The translations under genes and the position numbers were made by a program. Below, in pieces: positions 28,813-41,502 of a DNA stretch of 64,000 nt (position 1 is its first letter; every line of letters starts with the position of its first letter). Under the pieces are notes generated by a model. It ran no database searches. It was not told the origin of the DNA and saw only the letters and a program-made list of their open reading frames with translations. The stretch is taken from assembly GCA_965198005.1 (NCBI GenBank), contig CBDAOI010000004.1, positions 704,001 to 768,000 of the forward strand, read 5' to 3'. The stretch is from Spirochaetia bacterium (GTDB lineage: Bacteria > Spirochaetota > Spirochaetia > SZUA-6 > Bin103).

Positions 28813-29861
28813 CTGCCCCCACGGTGCGCGACACCTTCGACCGGCCGCTGCGGGACCTGCGGATCTCGGTCATCGACCGCTGCAACTTTCGCTGTCCCTA
28901 CTGCATGCCCAAGGAGACCTACGACGAACACTACCGGTTTCTTGCTTCCGACGACTATCTGACGTTCGCCGAAGTGGAGCGGCTGGTGCGGCTGTTCGTC
29001 GCCCACGGGGTCACCAAGGTACGGCTCACCGGCGGCGAGCCGCTGCTGCGCCCCGGTCTGCCGCAACTGGTGGCGGCCCTGGCCGGGATCCCCGCGATCG
29101 AGGATCTGGCGTTGACCACCAACGGCTACCTGCTGGCCGACCGCGCAACGGCGTTGCGCGCCGCCGGTCTGCGCCGCGTGACCGTGAGCCTGGATTCGAT
29201 CGACCCGGCCACCTTCGCCCGCATGAACGGGCTGGAGATCCCGATCGAGCGCGTGCTGGCGGGGATCCGGCGGGCGCAGGAGGTGGGGCTGGCGCCGATC
29301 AAGCTCAACGCCGTGGTGCAGCGCGGCGTCAACGACCATACCGTGCTCGACTTGGTGGACGCCTTCGCCGACCAGCCGGTCGCGATCCGGTTCATCGAGT
29401 ACATGGACGTGGGCAATCTCAACGGCTGGGACCCGGGGCTGGTGGTGTCGACCGCGGAGCTCAAGGCGGCCATCGAGCAGCGCTACCCGCTGCAGCCGGT
29501 GGGCGCCGCCTACCGCGGCGAGGTGGCCCGGCGCTACCGCCTGACCGGCCGCGCGGCCGAGATCGGCTTCGTGTCGTCCATCAGTCAGCCGTTCTGCAGC
29601 GACTGCAGCCGCGCCCGCCTGTCGACCGACGGCACCCTTTACACCTGCCTGTTCGCCTGGCGCGGCACCGATCTGCGCACGCCGCTACGCGCCGGCGCCG
29701 ACGACCACGAGCTGGCCGAGCTGATCGGCAGCGTGTGGCGCGGGCGTACCGACCGCTACTCGGAGGAGCGCGCCGAGGTCACGGCGTTCGAGCGGGGGCG
29801 CGCGCCCACGCCGGAGCGCACCCGGGAGCGCAAGATCGAGATGTTTCAGATCGGGGGCTGA
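28809..29861 (+). CDS. moaA: GTP 3',8-cyclase (radical SAM)
   Basis: DRCNFRCPYCMP, LTGGEP, RFIEYM, FCSDCSRAR, terminal IGG. Confidence 0.97.
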   Translation: MTAPTVRDTFDRPLRDLRISVIDRCNFRCPYCMPKETYDEHYRFLASDDYLTFAEVERLVRLFVAHGVTKVRLTGGEPLLRPGLPQLVAALAGIPAIEDLALTTNGYLLADRATALRAAGLRRVTVSLDSIDPATFARMNGLEIPIERVLAGIRRAQEVGLAPIKLNAVVQRGVNDHTVLDLVDAFADQPVAIRFIEYMDVGNLNGWDPGLVVSTAELKAAIEQRYPLQPVGAAYRGEVARRYRLTGRAAEIGFVSSISQPFCSDCSRARLSTDGTLYTCLFAWRGTDLRTPLRAGADDHELAELIGSVWRGRTDRYSEERAEVTAFERGRAPTPERTRERKIEMFQIGG

Positions 29862-29865
29862 CGGC

Positions 29866-30465
29866 GTGACCGAGCGCGCGATTCTTACCCACGTGTCCGC
29901 GGACGGGCTGCCGGCGATGGTCGACGTCGGCGGCAAGCCGCGCACCGCCCGCCGCGCGCGGGCGCAGGCGGAGGTATTCCTGCCGGCGCCGGTGCGGGCG
30001 CTGCTGCGCGACGGCGAGTTGCACAGCGCCAAGGGTCCGGTGTTCCGGACCGCGGTCACCGCCGGCATCATGGCCGCCAAGCGCACCGCCGAGTTGATCC
30101 CGCTGTGCCACCCGATCGGTCTGGACCACTGCCACGTCACCGTGGAGCTGAACCCGGCCGGCAACGCGCTGGTCACCTGCGTGGCCGCGGTCGAGCACAA
30201 GACCGGCGTGGAGATGGAGGCGCTGACCGGCGCCAGCGTGGCCGCGCTCACCATCTACGACATGTGCAAGGCGGTGTCGCACGACCTCGCGATCCGCGAA
30301 GTGCGGCTGCTGGAGAAAAGCGGCGGCAAGAGCGACTACCGGGCGGCCGAGGACCGACCGGACCGCCGGCGTGCACGATGCGTGACGCGGCCGAGCGCGC
30401 GGTCACCGTGCACTACTACGCGCTGCTGCGCGACCAGGCCGGTCGCGACCAGGAACAGGTGGTGA
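29866..30465 (+). CDS. moaC: Cyclic pyranopterin monophosphate synthase
   Basis: MVDVG, LIPLCHP, TGVEMEAL, IYDMCKA, KSGGKS; C-terminal tail overlaps moaD. Confidence 0.95.
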   Translation: MTERAILTHVSADGLPAMVDVGGKPRTARRARAQAEVFLPAPVRALLRDGELHSAKGPVFRTAVTAGIMAAKRTAELIPLCHPIGLDHCHVTVELNPAGNALVTCVAAVEHKTGVEMEALTGASVAALTIYDMCKAVSHDLAIREVRLLEKSGGKSDYRAAEDRPDRRRARCVTRPSARSPCTTTRCCATRPVATRNRW

Positions 30466-30635
30466 CCGGCAGCGCCACCGCCGGCGAGCTGTACGCCGAG
30501 CTGCAGCAGCGCCACGGCTTCCCGCTGCCGCCGGCGCGGCTGCGGGTGGCGATCAACGCCGCCTTCGCGGAGTGGGACACCCGGCTGGCGGACGGCGACC
30601 GCGTGGTCTTCATCCCGCCGGTGGCCGGCGGCTGA
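30378..30635 (+). CDS. moaD: Molybdopterin synthase sulfur carrier subunit
   Basis: VHYYALLRDQAG...VAIN...FIPPVAGG. Confidence 0.93.
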   Translation: MRDAAERAVTVHYYALLRDQAGRDQEQVVTGSATAGELYAELQQRHGFPLPPARLRVAINAAFAEWDTRLADGDRVVFIPPVAGG

Positions 30636-30652
30636 GCAGGAGGAACGCGCCA

Positions 30653-31168
30653 ATGGCATCAACCGCATCACCCGCACCGAGGGCACCACCCGCACCACCC
30701 CCGGACGCCCGCTTCGCCCTGACCGACCGGGCCATCGACCCCGAGCCGCTCAAGGCCGGCCTGCGCCAGACCGCGGCCGGCGCGCTGGCCACCTTCGAGG
30801 GGTGGGTGCGCGACCACGCCGACGGCCGCGCCGTGCGCCGGCTGGAATACCAGGTCTACCCGGAGCTGGCGCAGAGCGAGGGCGCACGGGTGGTGGCCGA
30901 AGCGCTTGCCAGGTTCCCGGTGCTGGCCGCACATTGCGTGCATCGTTCCGGTATACTCGGCTTAGGGGATATGGCGGTGTGGGTTGGCGTGGCCGCGGCC
31001 CATCGGGGTGCCGCGTTCGACGCCTGCCGCTATATTATCGACGAGATCAAGCAGCGCCTGCCGATCTGGAAGCGCGAGACCTATGCCGACGGTGACTCGG
31101 GGTGGGTCAACTGCCAGGTGGTCGCGCCGGCGCCGGCTGCAGGAGAGGTGACAGATGGCAGAGAGTAA
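30653..31168 (+). CDS. moaE: Molybdopterin synthase catalytic subunit
   Basis: SD AGGAGG; FEGWVR, LEY, HRSG, AHR, IDEIK..LPIWK.E. Confidence 0.94.
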   Translation: MASTASPAPRAPPAPPPDARFALTDRAIDPEPLKAGLRQTAAGALATFEGWVRDHADGRAVRRLEYQVYPELAQSEGARVVAEALARFPVLAAHCVHRSGILGLGDMAVWVGVAAAHRGAAFDACRYIIDEIKQRLPIWKRETYADGDSGWVNCQVVAPAPAAGEVTDGRE

Positions 31169-32129
31169 ACGCAAGGACTACGAAGCGGGCATCAAGTGGT
31201 GGGACATCACCGACCGCGATCATTTTCTCAACCGGCGCGAGTTCATGCGCCGCGCGGGCACCGTAGCCGCCGGCGTCGGACTGGCAACGGCAGCGCCCGG
31301 TTTCGTGCAGCGCGCCTTCGCCCAGACCGGCCGCTTCGCCGGGCTTCCGGGCAGCCGCTACGACACCGACGAAAAACAGAACACGCTGGAGCAGGCGATC
31401 AACCAGAACAACTTCTACGAGATCGGCGTGGCCTCCAACCGCCGGCCCCGGAAGATCGAAGACTTCGCTACGAGCCCGTGGCAGATTTCCGTAGGCGGCC
31501 ATGTGGTCAACTCCGGGGTGCTCGACGTGGAGGACGTGATCCGTACCTACCGCGACCAGCTCGAGCAGCGCATCTACCGCCTGCGCTGCGTCGAGCAGTG
31601 GTCGCTGGTGATCCCCTGGGTCGGGTTCCCGTTGCACGAGCTGATCAAGGACTTCGAGCCCACCTCGCGCGCCAAGTACATCCGCTTCGAGACGTTCTAC
31701 GACCGGCAGCAGATGCCGCGGGCGCTCAACTGGATTTCCTATCCCTACGTCGAGGGCCTGCGCATGGACGAGGCGATGCACGACCTCACGATGGTCACGG
31801 TGGGGATGTACGGCGATATCCTGCAGACGCCCAACGGCCCGCCGATCCGCCTCATCGTGCCGTGGAAGTACGGCTTCAAGAGCATCAAGTCGGTGACCAA
31901 GATCGAGTTCGTGGAGGAGCAACCGGTCAGTACCTGGACTGCGCAGGCGGCGCACGAGTACGGGTTCTACTCGAACGTGAATCCCGAGCGCGACCACCCG
32001 CGCTGGAGCCAGCGCTCCGAGCGCCGGATCGGCGAACGCGGGCGGCGCCGCACCGAGAAATTCAACGGCTACGGGGAGTGGGTGGCCTCGATGTACGAGG
32101 GGATGGACCTGATCGACACTGACTATTGA
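31155..32129 (+). CDS. msrP: Protein-methionine-sulfoxide reductase catalytic subunit
   Basis: Tat motif NRREF; NNFYE, RLRCVE, PYVEGLRMDEA, VPWKYGFKSIKS, EYGFYSNVNP...HPRWSQ. Confidence 0.95.
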   Translation: MAESKRKDYEAGIKWWDITDRDHFLNRREFMRRAGTVAAGVGLATAAPGFVQRAFAQTGRFAGLPGSRYDTDEKQNTLEQAINQNNFYEIGVASNRRPRKIEDFATSPWQISVGGHVVNSGVLDVEDVIRTYRDQLEQRIYRLRCVEQWSLVIPWVGFPLHELIKDFEPTSRAKYIRFETFYDRQQMPRALNWISYPYVEGLRMDEAMHDLTMVTVGMYGDILQTPNGPPIRLIVPWKYGFKSIKSVTKIEFVEEQPVSTWTAQAAHEYGFYSNVNPERDHPRWSQRSERRIGERGRRRTEKFNGYGEWVASMYEGMDLIDTDY

Positions 32130-32159
32130 AGTGGTCTGAAGTAGTCTGAGGTAGTCGTC

Positions 32160-32789
32160 ATGCCCGCCGCCCAAGCGAAGCGCCGATCCGCCATCCAGAT
32201 GGCCAAGCGAGCCAAGCCGGTAGTGTTACCGCTGACGATGGTGCCGCTGGCGGTGGCGCTGATACGGTACCTCGGCGACCAGTTCGGGGCCAACCCGATC
32301 GAGGCGTTCACGCTCGACACCGGCAACTGGGGCATCCGGATGCTGCTGATCACGCTCGCCGTCACCCCGTTGCGCGAGCTGACCGGCTGGAACTGGCTGA
32401 TCACCTACCGCCGGCCGCTGGGGCTGGCAGCGTTCTACTATCTGTGCGTCCACCTGCTGGTCTACCTGTACCTGGACTTCGCGTTCGACCTGGAGTTCAT
32501 CCTGATCGACGTCTCCACCTCGCTGTACGTAATCGTGGGGGTGGCGTCGTTCCTGCTGCTGATCCCGCTGGCGGTCACCTCCACCACCGGCTGGATCCGG
32601 GCGCTGGGCAAGCGCTGGCGCTGGCTGCACCGGCTGGTGTACCCGGCGATCACCCTGGGCGTCGTGCATTACCTGTTGCAGGTCAAGGGTCTCAGCTTCC
32701 AGCTCTGGTTCTACATCATCGCTGGCGGCGTGCTGCTCGCCTACCGGCTGGCAGCGCCGGCGCTGAAACGCGCCCGCGCCGGCAAGTAG
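32160..32789 (+). CDS. msrQ: Protein-methionine-sulfoxide reductase heme-binding membrane subunit
   Basis: GANPIE, TG.W, RR.LGL..F.Y...H, PLAVTS, W..LHRLVY, H. Confidence 0.93.
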   Translation: MPAAQAKRRSAIQMAKRAKPVVLPLTMVPLAVALIRYLGDQFGANPIEAFTLDTGNWGIRMLLITLAVTPLRELTGWNWLITYRRPLGLAAFYYLCVHLLVYLYLDFAFDLEFILIDVSTSLYVIVGVASFLLLIPLAVTSTTGWIRALGKRWRWLHRLVYPAITLGVVHYLLQVKGLSFQLWFYIIAGGVLLAYRLAAPALKRARAGK

Positions 32790-32876
32790 CGCGCGCGCCG
32801 TTCCCCCAGACTTGGTTGCCCCGCGCCGTGGAAGCGGGTACGTTTTTGCGTATCGGTAATTCATACAGGAGGAGAC

Positions 32877-33092
32877 ATGCATATCTCCGAGCGAGGTCAG
32901 ATCACCATACCCAAGTCGCTGCGTGAACGGTTCGGGATGAACCACAATGTCGAGGTCGACATTACGCCGACCGAGAACGGGTTGCTCATACGCAAGCGAA
33001 CGACCGCCGAGCATCCGGTTGAACGCGTCTACGGGTTGCTTGGCCCCGGTGGGAACACCGACGACTATCTCGAGGAGATTCGCGGCAGGTGA
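32877..33092 (+). CDS. AbrB/MazE/SpoVT family antitoxin
   Basis: SD AGGAGG; ISERGQITIPKSLRERFG. Confidence 0.88.
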   Translation: MHISERGQITIPKSLRERFGMNHNVEVDITPTENGLLIRKRTTAEHPVERVYGLLGPGGNTDDYLEEIRGR

Positions 33093-33207
33093 TTACCGCA
33101 GTCGATACCAGCGTGCTGCTGGACGTGTTCCAGGCCGACAAACAGCACGGCCCATCGTCGAAACAGCGGCTGCGCAGCGCGTACGACCGCGGCGCCTTGA
33201 TCATCTG
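33089..33207 (+). pseudogene. VapC/PIN toxin N-terminal fragment
   Basis: GTGA overlap; ITAVDTSVLLD...AYDRGALIIC then unrelated sequence. Confidence 0.8.
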
Positions 33208-33244
33208 TGGAGCGAGTGCGGCTGCCGGTTGAGCGCAAGGTGCA

Positions 33245-33606
33245 GCTCGCGGTCCAGCTCCACGACCGGCTCAGCGACCCCTCGGGCACCTACCTGCTCG
33301 GCACCGATCAGCTCGGCCGGGACGTGCTGAGCCGGCTGGTGTACGGCGCCCGCACCTCGCACGGGGTGGGCTTTGCCGCCACCCTGCCGAGCACGCTGGT
33401 GGCGCTGCCAGTGTTTCGATGATCCGCCGCCGGCTCTCTCCCTGTATCCGGCTGCCCCCCGTGGCTGGCGCTGTGGCCCGGGATATGCCTGACGCTCATG
33501 GTGTACAGTTTCAACATGTTGGGTGATGCGATGCGGGACTTGCTCGACCCAAGGCTCAGGGGTGGTGGCGGTCGTCTCGCGGCCGATGCCGCCAGGGCGG
33601 TTTAGA
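33245..33606 (+). pseudogene. DppC-type permease remnant (N- and C-terminal pieces, middle deleted)
   Basis: DRLSDPSGTYLLGTDQLGRDVLSRLVYGART, then PWLALWPGICLTLMVYSFNMLGDAMRDLLDPRLRG. Confidence 0.8.
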
Positions 33607-33660
33607 TTTAGACGGGTCTAGACGGTTTGGACGTGCGTCTGATGGTACGCCGCACACAGG

Positions 33661-33680
33661 CGGCGGGAGAAACGCCGCCG
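33661..33680. terminator. GC hairpin immediately after SDR stop
   Basis: CGGCGG-GAGAAACG-CCGCCG; no U tract. Confidence 0.35.
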
Positions 33681-34416
33681 TCACTGTGCCGTATAACCTC
33701 CGTCAATGACTAATTCCGCCCCGGTCATGAACGAGGTCTCGTCAGAGGCCAAGTACAACACACCATAGGCGATCTCTTCCGGCGTACCAAGTCTGCCAAG
33801 AGGGATTGTATGCAGTCCTCGTGTCAGAATCTCCGGGTCCTTCAGGGCCTCTTCGGTCATCGGGGTGCTAATACGGCCGGGGTGAATCGAGTTACACCGG
33901 ATGTTGTCTTTGGCGTGCTGTACGGCAGTTAACTTCGTAAACACGCGTACCGCACCCTTGGAGGCGTTGTATGCTGGAGCGCCTTGGGCGACCATGCCAG
34001 AGATAGACGAAATATTGACGATTGACCCACCACCGGCCCGGCGCATCGCCGGAATAGCGTATTTCGTCCCTAGAAAAACACCGGTGGCGTTCACTGCCAT
34101 CACGGCGTCCCAGAGTTCTTTGCTGGTCGCTTCGATGGCTTGAGTTCGCAGAATCCCAGCGTTATTCACGAGGATGTCCAGCCGGTCGTAGTTCGACTCG
34201 GCAGCAGCGACCGCTTGCTGCCAATCCTCTTCCTCGGTGACGTCGAGATGGATGTAAGTGGCTTCTCCACCGGCGCGGCGAATGTCTTCTGCAACCTGCT
34301 CGCCGGCGTCATCCAACACGTCTCCCAAGACGACCTTGGCGCCTTCGGTGGCAAAGAGCCTAGCCTCTGTGGCGCCTTGTCCACGTGCGCCACCGCTGAT
34401 GAGCGCCACTTTCTCT

Positions 34417-34430
<14 letters not shown>
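33681..34430 (-). CDS. SDR oxidoreductase (3-alpha/20-beta-hydroxysteroid or glucose 1-dehydrogenase-like)
   Basis: SGGARGQG, NNAG, YNASK, HPG, DGG. Confidence 0.92.
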
Positions 34431-37089
<2,659 letters not shown>

Positions 37090-37208
37090 CGTTCGCTCCC
37101 TCCATTGCGAAGATACGCGCCGGCACGCCCTCCCGGCAAAAGCGTTGCCGGCGGACTGCCTGCCCGTCCGGTGCTCTCCATGTCAACGCGTCTGGAAGTG
37201 CGAAAGCC

Positions 37209-37690
37209 TTGGCTGACGGCTCAATAAGGGTCATCCGAACTGTTGGTCAGGACCCAGATGCGCCGGCGGTCGGCGTGCAGTTCCTGCCGCTCCGGGGAGA
37301 GCCGATGCCGGCGGGCCACACTCTCGACGTGACGCTCGACGGCGAATTGGCCGCCACCGCACAGGTCGCGCCGGGCGCGACGGCGGCGACCTTCAGCGGG
37401 TTGCCGGCCGCCGCCAAGGTGGTGGAAATATGGCTGCCGCACACCAGCCCGATCGAGGTCACCGGCTTGGCAGTGAGTCCGGGATGCTGCTGCGAGCCAG
37501 TGGCCGACGCACGTCCCCGGTGGATCACCTACGGCAGCTCGCTGACCCATTGCCGGCGGCCGCACAGCCCGGCGCGCACCTGGCCGGCGATCGTGGCGCG
37601 GCGGCGTGGACTCCACCTTACGTCGCTGGGATTTGGCGGCAACTGCTGCCTGGAGCCGATGCTGGGAGTCACCATCCGCGCCCTGCCCGC
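37209..37690 (+). pseudogene. SGNH/GDSL hydrolase fragment
   Basis: EIWLP, WITYGSSLTHC, TWPAIVAR, LGFGGNC.LEP; catalytic C-terminal half absent. Confidence 0.7.
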
Positions 37691-37699
37691 CCCTTGCGA

Positions 37700-38247
37700 G
37701 CGAACGCTCCGATGCCGCCATTCTCGCGGCGCGGATCATGCGGCGCGGCAGCGGCCAGTTGCTGCTCGATCTCTCGGCACGCGGTGAACTGGAACGGGAG
37801 CTTGCTGAGGCGCTCCGACAGGTCCGCACGGGGAACCCGGAAGTTGCCGGGATTCATGCCCGCGAGCGATATCGACCGTCCATGCTGATCGTCGGGCTGG
37901 AGCCGCCGTTGCTGAAGCGTGTGCTGGGCATGTTCGACCGCGCCGGGAGGGTGGTTACGCTGCGAACCGGCAATGCCGAGCTGGACACCTTGAACGCTGA
38001 GGTGGGGTTGCGCGGCGCCAAGTCCCTGGGATCGCTCGGGGTCATCTTCTGCTACGGCCCCGAACTCAACGTCGTCGCGGCAGCCGCAGCGTATTCGAGA
38101 CTGGACGGGGTGAGCTACGCCGAGCCCGACACGCGTCTGGGAGACGGCCCTGACATCGAGGCGGCGCGGGTGAACGGGGCCATCAGGGAGGCCGACTCCA
38201 CGGAGGCTCCGTTCCGCCTCCTGATGGCTAGACGCTGGGGACGATGA
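37700..38247 (+). pseudogene. Hypothetical protein fragment (no clear start)
   Basis: Protein-like stretch ELERELAEALRQVR...YAEPD..LGDGPDI joined to the SGNH fragment. Confidence 0.4.
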
Positions 38248-38388
38248 CTCCGGCTGAGCCGGCGGTCCGGTCTGACTGTCCCTATCGATATACCTCTCTC
38301 CGGTGCGCGACGGCGAGCACCAGGATAATGAGACGGGCATGCTCCAGGCGGGTGGCTTGGTCTGGCGGCTAAGACTATCATAGTCATT

Positions 38389-38670
38389 ATGACGACGGTG
38401 TCGATTTCCAGCTTGAAGGCCAATCTCTCGCGCTACATCCGTGAGGTTCGTCGCGGCGGGGAGGTACAGGTCCTGGATCGAGGCGTGCCGGTTGCGAGGC
38501 TGGTCCCCGCCGCGGCGAGCGACGCTGGCGAAACCCGGGACCGGCTGATCGGCACCGGTCTGCTGCGACCCGGCCGCGGAGACGCGGCATCTATTCTGGA
38601 CCAGCCGCCGCTGAATCTGTCAGCCAGCATCGCGCAGGCGCTGGCCGAGGATCGCGCCGATCAGCTGTGA
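38389..38670 (+). CDS. Phd/YefM family antitoxin
   Basis: MTTVSISSLKANLSRYIREVRRGGEV.V.DRG.PVARLVP. Confidence 0.9.
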   Translation: MTTVSISSLKANLSRYIREVRRGGEVQVLDRGVPVARLVPAAASDAGETRDRLIGTGLLRPGRGDAASILDQPPLNLSASIAQALAEDRADQL

Positions 38671-39170
38671 GATATTGGGATGCATCGGCGCTCGTCCCGC
38701 TACTCGTCGCTGAGACGAACAGCGCGACGGTGCGAAACTGGCTCGCCGAAGACGACCGAATCGTCACCTGGGTGTGGACGAGCACGGAGATTACCAGTGC
38801 GCTGGAGCGCCGTACCCGCGAGGGCTTGCTTACCCGGCGGCAGCGGCGCGAAGTCGTCGATCGGTTGGATGACTTGGCATCCCGGTGGGATGAAGTAACC
38901 GACGTGCTGGCCGTTCGTACGCGCGCACGCTCGCTGTTGGCGCGCCATCCGCTGCGAGCTGCCGATGCGGGTCAGCTTGGCGCGGCGCTGTTGGTGGCTG
39001 AGCAACTGGCCGGCACCCTCACCTTCCACTGCCTGGACGGGAGATTGACCCTCGCGGCAGAACAGGAGGGCCTACATGTGATCGCCTCCCCATCGGTGAC
39101 AACGTCGCTGGAGCACGACCCCGGCGCCCCGGAGGCCCGCGAAAGCGACGATCAACCCCCCGAAACTTAG
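38667..39170 (+). CDS. VapC/PIN domain toxin (intact)
   Basis: GTGA overlap; YWDASALV, E..SAL, LRAADA.QL, LD.RL..AA..EG. Confidence 0.9.
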   Translation: MRYWDASALVPLLVAETNSATVRNWLAEDDRIVTWVWTSTEITSALERRTREGLLTRRQRREVVDRLDDLASRWDEVTDVLAVRTRARSLLARHPLRAADAGQLGAALLVAEQLAGTLTFHCLDGRLTLAAEQEGLHVIASPSVTTSLEHDPGAPEARESDDQPPET

Positions 39171-39352
39171 GGACGGCGCAAGTATTACTACAGATTACGT
39201 AGCGCACCTATAACCGGCGGGGCTCTCGCAGATCATCACGATACAGCGGGAGATGGCTGAGAAATATCTTTCCCACATAAATAATTATACACGATCCTGG
39301 GACTTCCCGTCCAGCACCACGGATGTTATAGTTGCGCCACCATGGAGCGTAA

Positions 39353-40963
39353 TCATAACATGACGCCGCCCGCTGAGATCGCTCGTTTCGACCAGCTCGG
39401 GCTGTGGTCACTAGCATAGCCGCTCCAAAATTTACCCGATACACCAAGTGGAGGAGCCTTTTTGCCCCCTACTGTCGAACTCATACCATAATCTCCAGTC
39501 ATCTCTCTACCGTCATATCCCGCAGGCTCCTCTACCACAATATCCACATCAACGCCAATCTCACGCCAGTATGCGGCCTGTAATTCTGTAAAGCTCAAAT
39601 CATAGTTCACGAAGTGATTGAACAAGGTCTTGAATCTAATGCCATCCGGGCCGCGCGGATACCCAGCCTCATCAAGGAGCCTCTCGGCCCCTGCCACGTC
39701 ATAGGTATAGTATCCCTTGAGCTCTTCGGACCACTCTTCAAATGGGACGGTATACCCCGCAGCGCCTAATTCCCTGCCTACATACCCCTGAGGTATCCAA
39801 TCTGCATAACCCTTATAGTAGGTATCGTTCATTGTCTCGAGGTCCAGTGCCATCTGCATTGCGTGGCGCACCAGGATGTCGTCAAAGGGCGGCTTGCTCA
39901 CGTTAAGCAAAACACTAGTATTCGACCGTTCTGCCCACGGGATGATCACGAGTTCGGGGTTGGTCCGTATGAGGCTCTCTGCTTCGTCTAGAGAGGTTAA
40001 GTAAGTGGAGCCCTGGCCACCTATGAAATCGATCTTAGCCGTGCGCAGTCCCGCCATTATTGTTGCCGTTTCCGTGATAACAAGGGCCTTTAACTCGTCA
40101 ATATAGGGCAAGCGGTTCTCCGGGTATTTTTCGTCGTAGCCCCAGTAGTTGGGATTCTTGGTCCAGGTTATAGAGGTGCCCGGGACGGAGTCAGTCAGCT
40201 CAAAGGGCCCGGTGCCGACCACATTCCTCCAATCCTTCATGTCCCCGTATTCCTCGATTACCTCGGGGGGCTGTATAACCATACCGGCATAGTCCAAGAT
40301 ATAGTTCAGGGCCGCGAGTCTTAGCTCCTTCAGCTTCATAACAACCGTATATTTGTCGGTGGCCGTTACCGATTCCCAAGGCAAAGCTACGAGGGCAGCT
40401 GCAGCTGGGGAAGGTTCGGCTTCACTGAACTGGGTCCCTGTCAATTTATTTCCCAACATGCGGTGAAAGGTATGTTCTACATCCTGGGCAGTTAGCTCCC
40501 GACCGTTCATCGGCGCCTTATCATGCCAGTGAACGCCCTGGCGGATGTGGAAGGTAAAGGTGAGGCCGTCCTCGGAAGTATCCCAGCTTTCAGCCAGCGC
40601 CCCCCTTAGGGCAGATACAGGCACCATACCGCGGTCGATAAAAGGCCACATGTCCCTATCTATTGCCCAGTCCGCGATGCTTAGTTTCTCTAGAACGCCA
40701 CTGGTGAAATACCATAACGCATTTATGTGAAACCAGGCGTCAGCACCAACACTGCTGACGTCGTATTTCAGGGTGTTGGTTAATGTCCCGCCGTACTCTG
40801 GCGCCACCACCACCTTGCCGGTGACGGGGTCGGTTACATACTTCTTGTCGGCGGCGGCTGCCGGCTCCTCTTCAGCGCCAACGGCCCAGAGGCCGGTCGC
40901 GGTCAGCACCAGGACCAACGCAACAGCGAAGGTCCTTGTAATTGTATTTTGTACAATAATCAT
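39353..40963 (-). CDS. Family-5 ABC solute-binding protein, C-terminus apparently truncated
   Basis: Signal peptide, PEYGG, GTGPF, PFDD..VR.AM, GYPRG; diverges after ~39420 and is shorter than the paralogue at 49327. Confidence 0.85.
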   Translation of the reverse strand: MIIVQNTITRTFAVALVLVLTATGLWAVGAEEEPAAAADKKYVTDPVTGKVVVAPEYGGTLTNTLKYDVSSVGADAWFHINALWYFTSGVLEKLSIADWAIDRDMWPFIDRGMVPVSALRGALAESWDTSEDGLTFTFHIRQGVHWHDKAPMNGRELTAQDVEHTFHRMLGNKLTGTQFSEAEPSPAAAALVALPWESVTATDKYTVVMKLKELRLAALNYILDYAGMVIQPPEVIEEYGDMKDWRNVVGTGPFELTDSVPGTSITWTKNPNYWGYDEKYPENRLPYIDELKALVITETATIMAGLRTAKIDFIGGQGSTYLTSLDEAESLIRTNPELVIIPWAERSNTSVLLNVSKPPFDDILVRHAMQMALDLETMNDTYYKGYADWIPQGYVGRELGAAGYTVPFEEWSEELKGYYTYDVAGAERLLDEAGYPRGPDGIRFKTLFNHFVNYDLSFTELQAAYWREIGVDVDIVVEEPAGYDGREMTGDYGMSSTVGGKKAPPLGVSGKFWSGYASDHSPSWSKRAISAGGVML

Positions 40964-41445
40964 ACGTAGCTCCGTATATAGATTTTTCGAGAGTATTGCG
41001 TAGCGGATTGCCGCTCCCTGGCTACTCTCGGGCCCGCAACGCGGGCGACCAGTCTGAGTCAAATTCACTAAAAGCGCGCGGCGTGTGACTCAGCCCGGTT
41101 GACCCCGGCTCACGCCGCGCGCGCGTGCGGTTCTTTGAGTATCATGCGAACCTCCTTCTTCTCTAGATTTACGTCGGGATCTGCGTTACAACGCCACGCG
41201 TGGCGGTGGTCTGAGCAGCAGTGAGTCTGAATGGCCGCCAACGCAGGCGGTGGGTATTGCGCGCAGTTAGTCGCGGGCGGGGATCCGGGACGGTTGCGGT
41301 CGCCTGGAAGGACGCGCGCGGTCCGCATGCCGGTTCGGCGATGGACCGAGCGGGCGCCACCGATAGCTACGGCGGTGGTGAAGGCGACGGTGTGCGCGGG
41401 GTCGCGTAGGGGGCGATCAGCCCGAGCGGTTAGTTGTTTCTCGGT

Positions 41446-41471
41446 TTGAAAAAGTTGGGGGGGGGTATGAT
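41446..41471 (+). promoter_or_regulatory. Promoter-like motif with G9 tract in the spacer
   Basis: TTGAAA-N14(AAGTT-G9)-TATGAT; second TATGAT at 41477-41482. Confidence 0.4.
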
Positions 41472-41502
41472 GCGGGTATGATGCACCGGTCGCGTCACAG
41501 CG

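Noticed and set aside
30378-30465. MoaC-MoaD fusion or recoding
   Set aside because: Different frames; moaD has its own ATG and the moaC tail looks like a run-on to the next stop.
2436-33424. GATC at several fragment junctions (2436, 3413, 33200, 33421) as a restriction/ligation signature
   Set aside because: GATC is abundant throughout and junction positions are not precise enough to show enrichment.
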